Positions 55,763 through 64,000 of a stretch of DNA of 64,000 nt are shown here, in pieces. Location of the stretch: contig CAVQFQ010000010.1 of NCBI GenBank assembly GCA_963711835.1, forward strand, positions 64,001 to 128,000, in the 5' to 3' direction. Both the position numbers and the translations under genes were made by a program. Source of the stretch: an uncultured delta proteobacterium (GTDB taxonomy: Bacteria; Desulfobacterota; RBG-13-43-22). Below the pieces are notes generated by a model, which ran no database searches, had not been told where the DNA came from, and worked only from the letters and a program-made list of their open reading frames with translations. How positions within the stretch are numbered: the stretch's first letter is position 1; each line of letters opens with the position of its first letter.

Positions 55763-55856
55763 CTCTTTTTCCTTTGTCCGGCGATAAAGAAAAAAGCCCC
55801 CTTTCCGGTGAAGGAGAAGAGGGCCGGGAGCGGACTTATGATTTTTTTTGACCCGG

Positions 55857-57344
55857 CTAAACCCCTAAAAGCCTCTGGGAAAGTTCCTGGTCGGAAAGGA
55901 GTTCCTGCGGGGTGCCTTCGTAAACAATCTGCCCTTGATCGATGACATAAACCCGATCCGCCAAGGCCAAAGCCATGAGGGCATTTTGTTCTACCAGGAG
56001 AATAGTAACCCCGGCTTTATTGATTTCCAGGATGATCTCGGCTACCTGGCGGACGATGAGCGGGGCCAACCCCTGGGAGGGTTCATCGAGCAACATGCAG
56101 CTCACCTTCCCCATGAGGGCCCGGGCTAAGGCCAGCATCTGTTGTTCTCCTCCTGAGAGACGGTTGCCTTTATGATGGCTGCGGTCTTTCATGGCCGGGA
56201 AATATTCGTAGGCCTGGTCCAATTGGTCCCGCTTCTCCTGAGCCGGGATGCCTTTTAAGAAAAAGGGCAATTCCAGGTTTTCATGAAGGGTGAGATTCTG
56301 GAAGATACGGCGCTCGGCCGGCACCAGCGACAGGCCGCTTTTGACGATCCTGTTGGTCGGCTTGCCGTTGATGGTTTCATTATTAAAAGTGATGACTCCC
56401 GCCCGGGGCGGAGTCAGGCCCAGGATGGAGCGGAGGGTGGTGGTCTTACCGGCCCCGTTTCTGCCTAACAGGGAGACGATTTCCCCTTGACGAACCATTA
56501 AGGAGATATCCTGCAGGACGTGGCTTTCTCCATAATAGGTGTTGACCTTTTCCAGTCGCAGGATCTCCCTTTTGGTGCTTTTGGCTCGCTCGCTTTTTTT
56601 CTGGGATAAGGAGAATCCTTTTTCCATTCCTCCCAGATAAGCCTTCTGGACCTCTTCATTCTGTTGAATTTCTTCCGGAGTCCCCTCGGCCAGTTTCCGG
56701 CCGAAATACAAAACGGTTATGGCGTCTGAAACCTTCAGCACCACATCCATTTTATGTTCGATGAGAATGATGGTATAGCCTTTTTCGTTTTTTAATTTAT
56801 TGATCAGTTCGACGGTTCGTAACGATTCCTCCGGAGGCAGGCCGGAGGTGGGTTCATCCAGAAGGAGCAATTCGGCCTTGCAGGTCAGGGCAATGGCAAT
56901 ATCCAGATGGCGCTGGTCCCCGTGGGAAAGATTTCCAGCCACCTCATTGGTCTTGTCGGCCAGACCGACATCCTCCAGGATCTCCATGACTCGGTCCCGG
57001 GCTTTCGAGCCCTTGTGGTAATACATGGCCGGAATAAGGACATTCTCAAAAACCGTAAGTTCCGGGAAGATGGCGGTAATCTGAAAAGAGCGTCCGATGC
57101 CTTTCCGGGCTATCTTATGGGGTCTAAGGCCGGTAATGTCTTCCCCTTTAAAGCGGATCCGTCCTTTACTGGGGGGATGGACACCGGTGAGGAGGTTGAA
57201 AAAAGTGGTCTTGCCCGCTCCATTGGGTCCGATAATGGATCGGAGTTCCCCTGGGTTGATGGAAAAATTGATATCCTGGACCGCTTCCAAGGAACCAAAA
57301 TTTATTCCCAGCTCCGTTGTTTCCAGTAATTTCATATAGGCCAT
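55857..57344 (-). CDS. Fused LivG-LivF double ABC ATPase
   Basis: Two Walker A motifs (GPNGAGKTT, GRNGAGKTT) and two signatures (LSHGD, LSGGE) in one ORF. Confidence 0.93.
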   Translation of the reverse strand: MAYMKLLETTELGINFGSLEAVQDINFSINPGELRSIIGPNGAGKTTFFNLLTGVHPPSKGRIRFKGEDITGLRPHKIARKGIGRSFQITAIFPELTVFENVLIPAMYYHKGSKARDRVMEILEDVGLADKTNEVAGNLSHGDQRHLDIAIALTCKAELLLLDEPTSGLPPEESLRTVELINKLKNEKGYTIILIEHKMDVVLKVSDAITVLYFGRKLAEGTPEEIQQNEEVQKAYLGGMEKGFSLSQKKSERAKSTKREILRLEKVNTYYGESHVLQDISLMVRQGEIVSLLGRNGAGKTTTLRSILGLTPPRAGVITFNNETINGKPTNRIVKSGLSLVPAERRIFQNLTLHENLELPFFLKGIPAQEKRDQLDQAYEYFPAMKDRSHHKGNRLSGGEQQMLALARALMGKVSCMLLDEPSQGLAPLIVRQVAEIILEINKAGVTILLVEQNALMALALADRVYVIDQGQIVYEGTPQELLSDQELSQRLLGV

Positions 57345-57419
57345 CCTTCATAAGACCGGCTTTCCTCAGTTGCGCAAGATATGGTTCCAGGAGGAAACCC
57401 GTTTAATTATTTTAAAGAA

Positions 57420-58382
57420 CTAACGCTTTTTCTGGACAAATCCCCAAATCCCTCTTGGGAAGAAGAGGATAAAAATGATGAAGATCGCCCCGACGAAGAA
57501 TTGCCAGTATTTCGTATAATAGGAGATGAAATTCATCAGATAAGTAACCACTCCGGCTCCCAAAATAGGGCCAAAAAGGGTTCCCAAACCACCCACCAGT
57601 CCCATAATGACCACGTTTCCCGACCGAACCCAGTCCAGGGTCTGGGGGAAGATATAACGGAGGAACATACCATAAAGGGTGCCGGCTACAGCGGCAAAAA
57701 CCCCCGAAATAATAAAAGAGTATAGTTTGTAACGCCGTACATTATAACCTACAACCTGGGCCCGTTTTTCATTTTCCCGGATTGTTTTCAGGACCTGGCC
57801 GAAATGAGACTCGACCAGCCAGTATTTAACCAGAGTAGCGGCCACAAAGAAAACAAAGACAAAATAAAAGAAACTCAGATCATTTTTTAGATTCCAGTTA
57901 AAAAGACCCAGCGAGATGCTATCCCTTGGAATCCCGGTCAGGCCATCCTCCCCTCCGGTAACCGTCTTCCAGCGGGAGGCAATAAAAAAGAACATCTGCC
58001 CAAAGGCTATGGTGAGCATGGCAAAATAAATGCCGGTCTTGCGTATAATGAGGAGCCCGATGATGACAGCGCCCAGGGTACCTACCAGAATCCCAATCAG
58101 CATGCCCAGGAGAATGGACACTTTAAAATTGATGCAGACAATACCCATGGTATAGGCAGCCAGCCCGAAATAAGCGGCCTGGCCGAAGGAGAGTATGCCG
58201 GTGTAGCCCAGGAGTAAATCAAAACCCAGGGCGAAGATGGCAAAAATAACCATCTCAGTGGCCAAGCCGGTATAGCCGCCGATAAAGGGGATGATTTTAG
58301 GCCAAACCGCCACCAGGGCGAAAAGGATGACCATTTTTATTAAGTCTTTGGATCTCGATTTTTCAACAGGTGTTGTTGTCAT
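57420..58382 (-). CDS. LivM-type ABC permease
   Basis: GYTGILSFGQ; YFAMLT; TGGEDG; IRENE; GPILGA. Confidence 0.95.
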   Translation of the reverse strand: MTTTPVEKSRSKDLIKMVILFALVAVWPKIIPFIGGYTGLATEMVIFAIFALGFDLLLGYTGILSFGQAAYFGLAAYTMGIVCINFKVSILLGMLIGILVGTLGAVIIGLLIIRKTGIYFAMLTIAFGQMFFFIASRWKTVTGGEDGLTGIPRDSISLGLFNWNLKNDLSFFYFVFVFFVAATLVKYWLVESHFGQVLKTIRENEKRAQVVGYNVRRYKLYSFIISGVFAAVAGTLYGMFLRYIFPQTLDWVRSGNVVIMGLVGGLGTLFGPILGAGVVTYLMNFISYYTKYWQFFVGAIFIIFILFFPRGIWGFVQKKR

Positions 58383-59272
58383 TCCAATAACCCTTCAACC
58401 CCGGCGATACCTCTCGGGCGGACTAATAATACGATCGCCATCAGAATAAAGACGATGACATCCGACATGGCCGAAAAAACCTCCACGGAAAAACTGACGA
58501 CTACCCCGACCAGTAAACCTCCGATGACTGCGCCCCAGAAACTGCCCATGCCCCCGATGATAACCACTACGAAGCAGGACATAATGATGCCGGTTCCCAT
58601 AGGCGGATAGACACCTTGAATAGGGGCATTAAGGACCCCGGCCACAGCCGCCAGGGCCGATCCGATCCCAAAGGTGATGGTAAAAAGAAGATTGATGGGA
58701 ATGCCCAGGGCAATCACCATTTCCCGGTCAAAGGTCCCGGCCAGGATGGTTTTCCCCATGGGGGTTTTTTGAAAGAAAAACCAGAGAGCAACCAGCAGGG
58801 CGGAGCAAAAAACAATGATAAACAAACGGTATTTGGAAAATATGAAGAGCTTTAAGTCAATGATGCCGCTGAGAAATTCAGGAGGACTCATGGGATAGGG
58901 GGCATCCCCCCAGGTCATACGAATCATATCCTCAATCATCAGGGCCAGCCCGAAGGTCAGGAGCATGGTGTGCAACGGGTCCCTTTTGTAAAGGGGCCTG
59001 ATTAAGGTGGCCTCCATTCCCATGCCGATCAGTCCCAGAAGAATGGGCCCGATGATCAGGCAGGGCCAGAAACCGGTATAGTTAAATAAGGTAACGACGC
59101 TATAGGCCCCCAAGGCGTATATAACCCCGTGGGTAAAGTTTATGACCCGCATCAGCCCGAGGATGATGGTCAGTCCAATGGCCATCAGAACTAAGAGGGT
59201 GCCCAGGGCAAAGCCGTTGAGCAATTGGTTCATAATTGTGGGCAGGGAGAGATTCAAACTTATCATAGCCAC
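58379..59272 (-). CDS. LivH-type ABC permease
   Basis: AIGLTII; INFTHG; VVIIGGMGS; RPRG. Confidence 0.95.
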   Translation of the reverse strand: MAMISLNLSLPTIMNQLLNGFALGTLLVLMAIGLTIILGLMRVINFTHGVIYALGAYSVVTLFNYTGFWPCLIIGPILLGLIGMGMEATLIRPLYKRDPLHTMLLTFGLALMIEDMIRMTWGDAPYPMSPPEFLSGIIDLKLFIFSKYRLFIIVFCSALLVALWFFFQKTPMGKTILAGTFDREMVIALGIPINLLFTITFGIGSALAAVAGVLNAPIQGVYPPMGTGIIMSCFVVVIIGGMGSFWGAVIGGLLVGVVVSFSVEVFSAMSDVIVFILMAIVLLVRPRGIAGVEGLLE

Positions 59273-59287
59273 CCCGGCAGTCAGGTC

Positions 59288-59319
59288 GGCAGCAGAGAAG
59301 AGGGACTTCTCTGCTGCCT
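59288..59319. terminator. Stabilising or attenuating hairpin after the substrate-binding protein gene
   Basis: GGCAGCAGAGAAG-loop-CTTCTCTGCTGCC perfect 13-bp stem. Confidence 0.65.
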
Positions 59320-59337
59320 TGGATGAAGGATTAATTT

Positions 59338-60669
59338 TTATTTGAACAGGTCATAGGGTTCCAGTTCGTGACCGCCCTCTTTCTTCCATTCGTCGAATGA
59401 AGGGGCGCACTCGTCACCCGGGACATGGCCCAGGATCTTGAAGAGATCGGCCCAGGTCTTGAAGTTGGCCGGGTATTGGGCCTGGGCCACAATGACATCC
59501 TGGATGTTTTGATGATCGAAGTTGCGCCAGTAGCTGGGGGTCCATTTCAAACCGTCAAATTTCCAGCCTTCCAGGGCCTTAATCACCGGAATCATATCCG
59601 TGGTCTTGGCCCGGGTGATGGCCTCAAAGAGCTGTTGGTGGGTAATGTATCCCAAATAATGACGGTAGGAGGCGTCCCATTGAGGGGGTTTATTGGCTCC
59701 AAAACGCTTCCGCAAGGCCGCCCGCAATTTCTGGCTGCCCGGGGTATCCACCGTACAATCCCAGGAAAGCCCCCAAACCCCGTCGGCCGCCGCCCCGACT
59801 CCTTTCATCATGGGTGATCCGGAAAGGGGACCGCAGAGGTGAATGTCTTTGGCCAGGCCGAATTCCTTGAACTGCTTGACCAGGTTGACCTGATCGGCTC
59901 CATAACAGTTACAGCTTAATAAATCAGGCTTAAGGCCCCGGGCCTTGATCAGGTTGGCTGAGAAGTCCTTGGTTCCCAGAGGGGTAAAGTCATTACCGAT
60001 CTCCTTGCAGCCGTATTTGGTTAAGGCACGGTTCATGGAGGTCCGGGCCGTATGCCCCCAGGTGTAGTCGGCGGTGATGTGATAAACTGATTTGGGTTTC
60101 CAGTTTTTTCCCAGCCAGGCCCCTACGGCCGTAGAAAGCATCCAGTTTTGTGAGGTGGTCCGGAAGGTGGTCCGGTGGGATTTCTGCATGGTGGTGTCAT
60201 CGGAATGACTGCCGAAGGCCATAAAAAGCTTTTTCTCTTTAAAGGCTTCTTCGGCAATAGCCAGGGTGACACTGGAGGTCAGGGTCCCGGTCAAGAAATG
60301 GACATTGTCCCTTTTAATCAACTTAATCGTCTTCTGAACCCCGATGCCCGGATTACTGGGGGCGTCTTCGGTGATCATTTTAATTTCCCGGCCGAGTACC
60401 CCGCCTTTGGCATTCCATTCCTCATTGGCCAGCATGGCCCCTTCCATCTCATCTTGACCGGAATCGGCATAGGGCCCTGATATCGGTTCAATATTGCCGA
60501 TCAGGATAGGCGGTCCCGAAAAGGCTTTGAGGTGCGGTGCACTCAAAAACTCCGACAACTGGAAGGCCGTAAGCCCGGCCGCCACCACACCGGTGCGGGC
60601 CAGGAATTGACGTCTGGTCAATCCGGAATGGGTTCCCATTTCTCCATCTTTTTTCTTTTCGTCTTTCAT
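59338..60669 (-). CDS. Tat-exported LivK-type periplasmic substrate-binding protein
   Basis: TRRQFL Tat motif; GGVLGR; ADYTWG; PLGTKDFS; ATG at 60669 with a G-rich RBS. Confidence 0.92.
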   Translation of the reverse strand: MKDEKKKDGEMGTHSGLTRRQFLARTGVVAAGLTAFQLSEFLSAPHLKAFSGPPILIGNIEPISGPYADSGQDEMEGAMLANEEWNAKGGVLGREIKMITEDAPSNPGIGVQKTIKLIKRDNVHFLTGTLTSSVTLAIAEEAFKEKKLFMAFGSHSDDTTMQKSHRTTFRTTSQNWMLSTAVGAWLGKNWKPKSVYHITADYTWGHTARTSMNRALTKYGCKEIGNDFTPLGTKDFSANLIKARGLKPDLLSCNCYGADQVNLVKQFKEFGLAKDIHLCGPLSGSPMMKGVGAAADGVWGLSWDCTVDTPGSQKLRAALRKRFGANKPPQWDASYRHYLGYITHQQLFEAITRAKTTDMIPVIKALEGWKFDGLKWTPSYWRNFDHQNIQDVIVAQAQYPANFKTWADLFKILGHVPGDECAPSFDEWKKEGGHELEPYDLFK

Positions 60670-61139
60670 AAACCCCCCTCTGAAGTATTTTAGGTTGACT
60701 TTATTGCTCGGAACAAACGCGGGATAACTTTGAAAAGACACCCCCTTCCTTTATTTTAGGTGACGTTATAAGGATTCATACTTGGATTGTTAGAGAAATT
60801 AATAATTGGGCTATTGGAAGTGTATCCCTGGTTAAAGGGAGGATCCGTTGTCTTAGGTAAGGAGAATAAGAGGGTTGATTCCGTTTTCGTTCTCGCCTGG
60901 GCCACTGGAATTCCTTATCTTGAACCATGGTCACTGAAACCGGTTTGATTGAAGAAAAAGATTGCCCTCTTCCCGAAAAAAAATTGGGGGGAGGTTTAAA
61001 AATAGGGTTTGCGGTCTTAGGTTAAGATGTTAATGATGGTTTTTTATAGTAAAATTATAGAGGTTATGCAAGGATTTTTTTCATCATTCTTTTTGAGCAA
61101 CCCGGCAAGAGGAATTACCAATTTTCCGAAAAAAGGAGG

Positions 61140-61751
61140 ATGGCCGTTATGCCATTTTTCACTTTCTACCGGTTACAATTAAATGAATGCACCCCCCAAG
61201 AATTCTTGCGCCTTTGGGCAGCGTTATACCGGGAAGGACCGGTCAATGACGATCTTTTGAGACAGAATTTAAACCCGGGCCGAAAGCTGGAGGACCGGCA
61301 CCTCGAACCATTGCTGTGCTGGCGCCGGCAGCAATCCTTGGAGGAAAAAGATCTGAACCTGGTTAAACGACTGGGCCAATCATTAACAATAATCAACGCC
61401 TTCAGAATGAAAACTAAAATCTCCGAAGAAGAGACCCTCGATTTTTATGACCAGGCGACTGCCTGGGTCCCTGACGACTTGATCCTGAGGACCTTTATCC
61501 TCCACCTGGCCAGGCCCCACCAGTTCCCTCTCTTTGATGAGAAGATCTATCTGGCCCACCAGGTGATTACCGAGCTTCCCCCTAAAAAACCCAGGCCATT
61601 AGATCCTGATAATGATGCCGCTTATTTTTCCTTTATGAAGACCTTTTTCCAGATGGTTGCGGCCGGGGCCAAACCGGAGGATATCCTCTATCGAGCCCTT
61701 TCAGCCTTTGGTCATTTCTTGAGCCGTTATCAGTCCGTTGTACAATTTTAA
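61140..61751 (+). CDS. Hypothetical protein
   Basis: AGGAGG RBS; 203-aa ORF; LHLARPHQFPLFD motif. Confidence 0.65.
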   Translation: MAVMPFFTFYRLQLNECTPQEFLRLWAALYREGPVNDDLLRQNLNPGRKLEDRHLEPLLCWRRQQSLEEKDLNLVKRLGQSLTIINAFRMKTKISEEETLDFYDQATAWVPDDLILRTFILHLARPHQFPLFDEKIYLAHQVITELPPKKPRPLDPDNDAAYFSFMKTFFQMVAAGAKPEDILYRALSAFGHFLSRYQSVVQF

Positions 61752-61768
61752 GATGAGGGCTGAGAAGG

Positions 61769-62095
61769 CTATTTTTCCAGGGATTCCATGGCGATGGTGG
61801 AATGGGCCAGGGAGGCGCCGGCACTCATGGCCATGGCCACAAAGATGGCTTCGCCGATTTCTTCATCCGTAGCCCCGGCCTGCTTGGCCTTTTTGGTGTG
61901 GCCCTCAATGCAATAGGGACAGCGGGTGATATGGGCCGTGGCAATAGCGATCAGTTCCTTGACTTTGGTGGAAAGAGCCCCTGCCTCAAAGGCCTTCTGG
62001 TTGAAGGCCATGAAGGAGTCAAAGAGATCCTTATTCAAGTCCATCAATTTCGGGTAATACTTGCGGGCATCCTTGGGATAGAGATAATCACCCAT
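61769..62095 (-). CDS. Carboxymuconolactone decarboxylase/AhpD-family protein
   Basis: GALSTKVKELIA; CPYCIEGH; GATDEEI. Confidence 0.92.
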   Translation of the reverse strand: MGDYLYPKDARKYYPKLMDLNKDLFDSFMAFNQKAFEAGALSTKVKELIAIATAHITRCPYCIEGHTKKAKQAGATDEEIGEAIFVAMAMSAGASLAHSTIAMESLEK

Positions 62096-62214
62096 TTTTA
62101 CTCCTCCTTGAGATCAGGTTATTTCCCTCCATTTTTATCACTATTATCCAGGCAGGACAAGTCTGTTTTTCGATGGGGATGATCCCCTCAGAGTCGAAGG
62201 CCCCGATGGCACCC

Positions 62215-62243
62215 TTGACACCCGGGAATAGTAAATTTATGTT
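62215..62243 (+). promoter_or_regulatory. Sigma70-type promoter of the two-component operon
   Basis: TTGACA-N17-TATGTT. Confidence 0.6.
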
Positions 62244-62288
62244 AATATTATGAGCTGAAAACGGATCCTGTATCGGAGAGGTTTTGAA

Positions 62289-62966
62289 ATGCGTATTTTA
62301 GTGGTTGAGGATGACGTCAAGATTGCTTCCTTCATTATCAAGGGCCTTAAAGCCGCCGGCTATGCCGTGGATCATGCCCCCGATGGAGAAACGGGCCTTC
62401 ATCTGGCTTTAGCCGAACCTTACGATACCGCCATCATTGACATCATGCTGCCCAAACGGGATGGGTTGTCCCTGATTGAAACGATGCGGAAAGAGAAAAA
62501 GCGTACGCCGGTCATCATCCTGAGTGCCAAAGGATCCATTGACGACCGGGTTAAAGGTCTTCAAACGGGTGGCGACGACTATATCACCAAGCCTTTTGCT
62601 TTCTCCGAGCTTCTGGCCCGGGTCCAGGCCCTGATCCGGAGGACAAGCGGGCTTTCTGAACCCACCGGCCTGACCGTAGGCGATCTGTCCATCAATCTTC
62701 TCACCCGGGAGGTGACCCGGGGGGGAAGAAAAATAGACCTCCAGCCGATCGAGTTTTCCCTGCTCGAATATCTCATGCGCAGTTCCGGCCGGGTTGTCTC
62801 AAAAACAATGATCATGGAACATGTCTGGAACTACAATTTTGATCCCCAGACCAATGTGGTTGAAGCCAGAATCTGCCGACTGAGAGATAAAATTGACCGG
62901 GATTTTGACCGGAAACTGATCCATACCCTTAGGGGGGTAGGATATGTACTTAAGGAAACCGATTAA
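62289..62966 (+). CDS. OmpR-family response regulator (CusR/CzcR-like)
   Basis: VVEDD; DIMLP; DDYITKPF; TNVVE; LIHTLRGVGY. Confidence 0.96.
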   Translation: MRILVVEDDVKIASFIIKGLKAAGYAVDHAPDGETGLHLALAEPYDTAIIDIMLPKRDGLSLIETMRKEKKRTPVIILSAKGSIDDRVKGLQTGGDDYITKPFAFSELLARVQALIRRTSGLSEPTGLTVGDLSINLLTREVTRGGRKIDLQPIEFSLLEYLMRSSGRVVSKTMIMEHVWNYNFDPQTNVVEARICRLRDKIDRDFDRKLIHTLRGVGYVLKETD

Positions 62967-64000
62967 GCTTCGCAACACCCTCGCCGTTCGTCTGACCCTC
63001 TGGTATGCCGGGATCTTCACCGTCTCGTCTTGTATCGCCTTTTTTTTATTCTATATGCTCATCACTTCCTTGATGCAGGACCAGACCGACCAGGAGCTTT
63101 TAGAACAGGTCAATCGTTTCTCAACACTCTTGGCTACGGAAGGGGTTGAGGCCGTCAAAAGCGTGGCCCTGATCGAGGCCCAGGCCGCCGGAGTGAAAAA
63201 GGTTTTTTTTCGCTTTCTCTCCCCGAACGGTCAGGTTTTTTCCTCGTCCAATATGGCCTACTGGAAAAATATCCATATTACCGAAGCAGCCATTCGGGGA
63301 TTGCTTCAAAACAGCCGACCCGTTTTAGAAACCATCACCATCCCGGACCACCCGGATAAAATTCGTATCCTATATGCCATGATCAGTCCCCGCATCATTT
63401 TGCAGGTGGGACAGACCATGGAGAGTTATTCCCGCTTTCTGGCCGCCTTTAAAGGGATCTTCATCAGCACGATGACCCTTCTTATCTTGACGGCCGCGGG
63501 TCTGGGCTGGTTCATGGCCCGGCGGGCCGTCTCCGGGGTGGAAGCGGTGACCCGGACGGCCCGAAAGATATCCGCAGGCACCCTGGAAGAACGGGTTCCG
63601 CTCAAAGGCCGGAATGATGAAATCGATCAACTGGCCCTTACTTTTAATCAGATGCTCGATCGCATTCAGACCCTGCTCACCGAGATTAAAGAAATGAGTG
63701 ACCATATAGCCCATGACCTAAGAAGCCCCCTGACCCGGATTCGGGGAATCGCAGAAGTAACCCTCACTACCGCCGACTCCCTGAAGGAATACCAGACCAT
63801 GGCCGCCAGCACCATCGAGGAGTGCGACCGCCTCCTCGATATGATCAACACCATGTTGCTGATTTCAAAAACCGAATCGGGCCTGGATACCCTCTCCTCG
63901 GAGGAGATCGATCTGACGGACCTGGTGCGGAAGGCCTGTGAATTGTTTTCGCCCTCGGCCGAAGATAAAGCGGTGACCCTGCGCTGGGATCTGCCGGAGA
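62944..64000 (+). CDS. HAMP/HisKA sensor kinase (CusS-like), runs off the window end
   Basis: Manual translation MYLRKPIKLRNTLAVRLTLWY; DEIDQLALTFNQML; H-box IAHDLRSPL. Confidence 0.92.
   Translation, partial: MYLRKPIKLRNTLAVRLTLWYAGIFTVSSCIAFFLFYMLITSLMQDQTDQELLEQVNRFSTLLATEGVEAVKSVALIEAQAAGVKKVFFRFLSPNGQVFSSSNMAYWKNIHITEAAIRGLLQNSRPVLETITIPDHPDKIRILYAMISPRIILQVGQTMESYSRFLAAFKGIFISTMTLLILTAAGLGWFMARRAVSGVEAVTRTARKISAGTLEERVPLKGRNDEIDQLALTFNQMLDRIQTLLTEIKEMSDHIAHDLRSPLTRIRGIAEVTLTTADSLKEYQTMAASTIEECDRLLDMINTMLLISKTESGLDTLSSEEIDLTDLVRKACELFSPSAEDKAVTLRWDLPE

Noticed and set aside
60670-61139. Cobalamin riboswitch upstream of the B12 mutase operon
   Set aside because: The ordered B12-box motifs were not found.

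Overview
This window looks like chromosomal DNA from an anaerobic Desulfobacterota (deltaproteobacterium-like) organism; the assignment is inferred from gene content and order. The core content is nrfHA plus a monohaem cytochrome c, the mreBCD-mrdA-rodA operon with an appended PAS/GAF kinase, the carbonyl-branch Wood-Ljungdahl cluster (acsV-cooC-acsD-cooS-acsB-acsC-acsE), a probable oriC directly upstream of dnaN-gyrB-gyrA-gpsA (no dnaA or recF here), a thiolase, a class II aldolase and a GlcD/GlcF-type dehydrogenase. The region at about 45.5-52 kb is an insertion hotspot. It has duplicated 3' ends of two convergent genes, a katG followed by a well-formed 58-bp attC site, perR, a Tat molybdoenzyme and a DUF4160/DUF2442 toxin-antitoxin pair with a decayed attC, but no integrase. 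Next comes an operon for an ABC importer, a B12-dependent acyl-CoA mutase with non-canonical active-site residues and a PaaK-like CoA ligase. The best novelty candidates are that mutase module, the attC/duplication hotspot and a ~150-nt multi-stem RNA-like element between acsV and oriC. Single-base frameshifts at 43-55 kb may be sequencing errors. All calls come from reading motifs by eye; no database searches were run.
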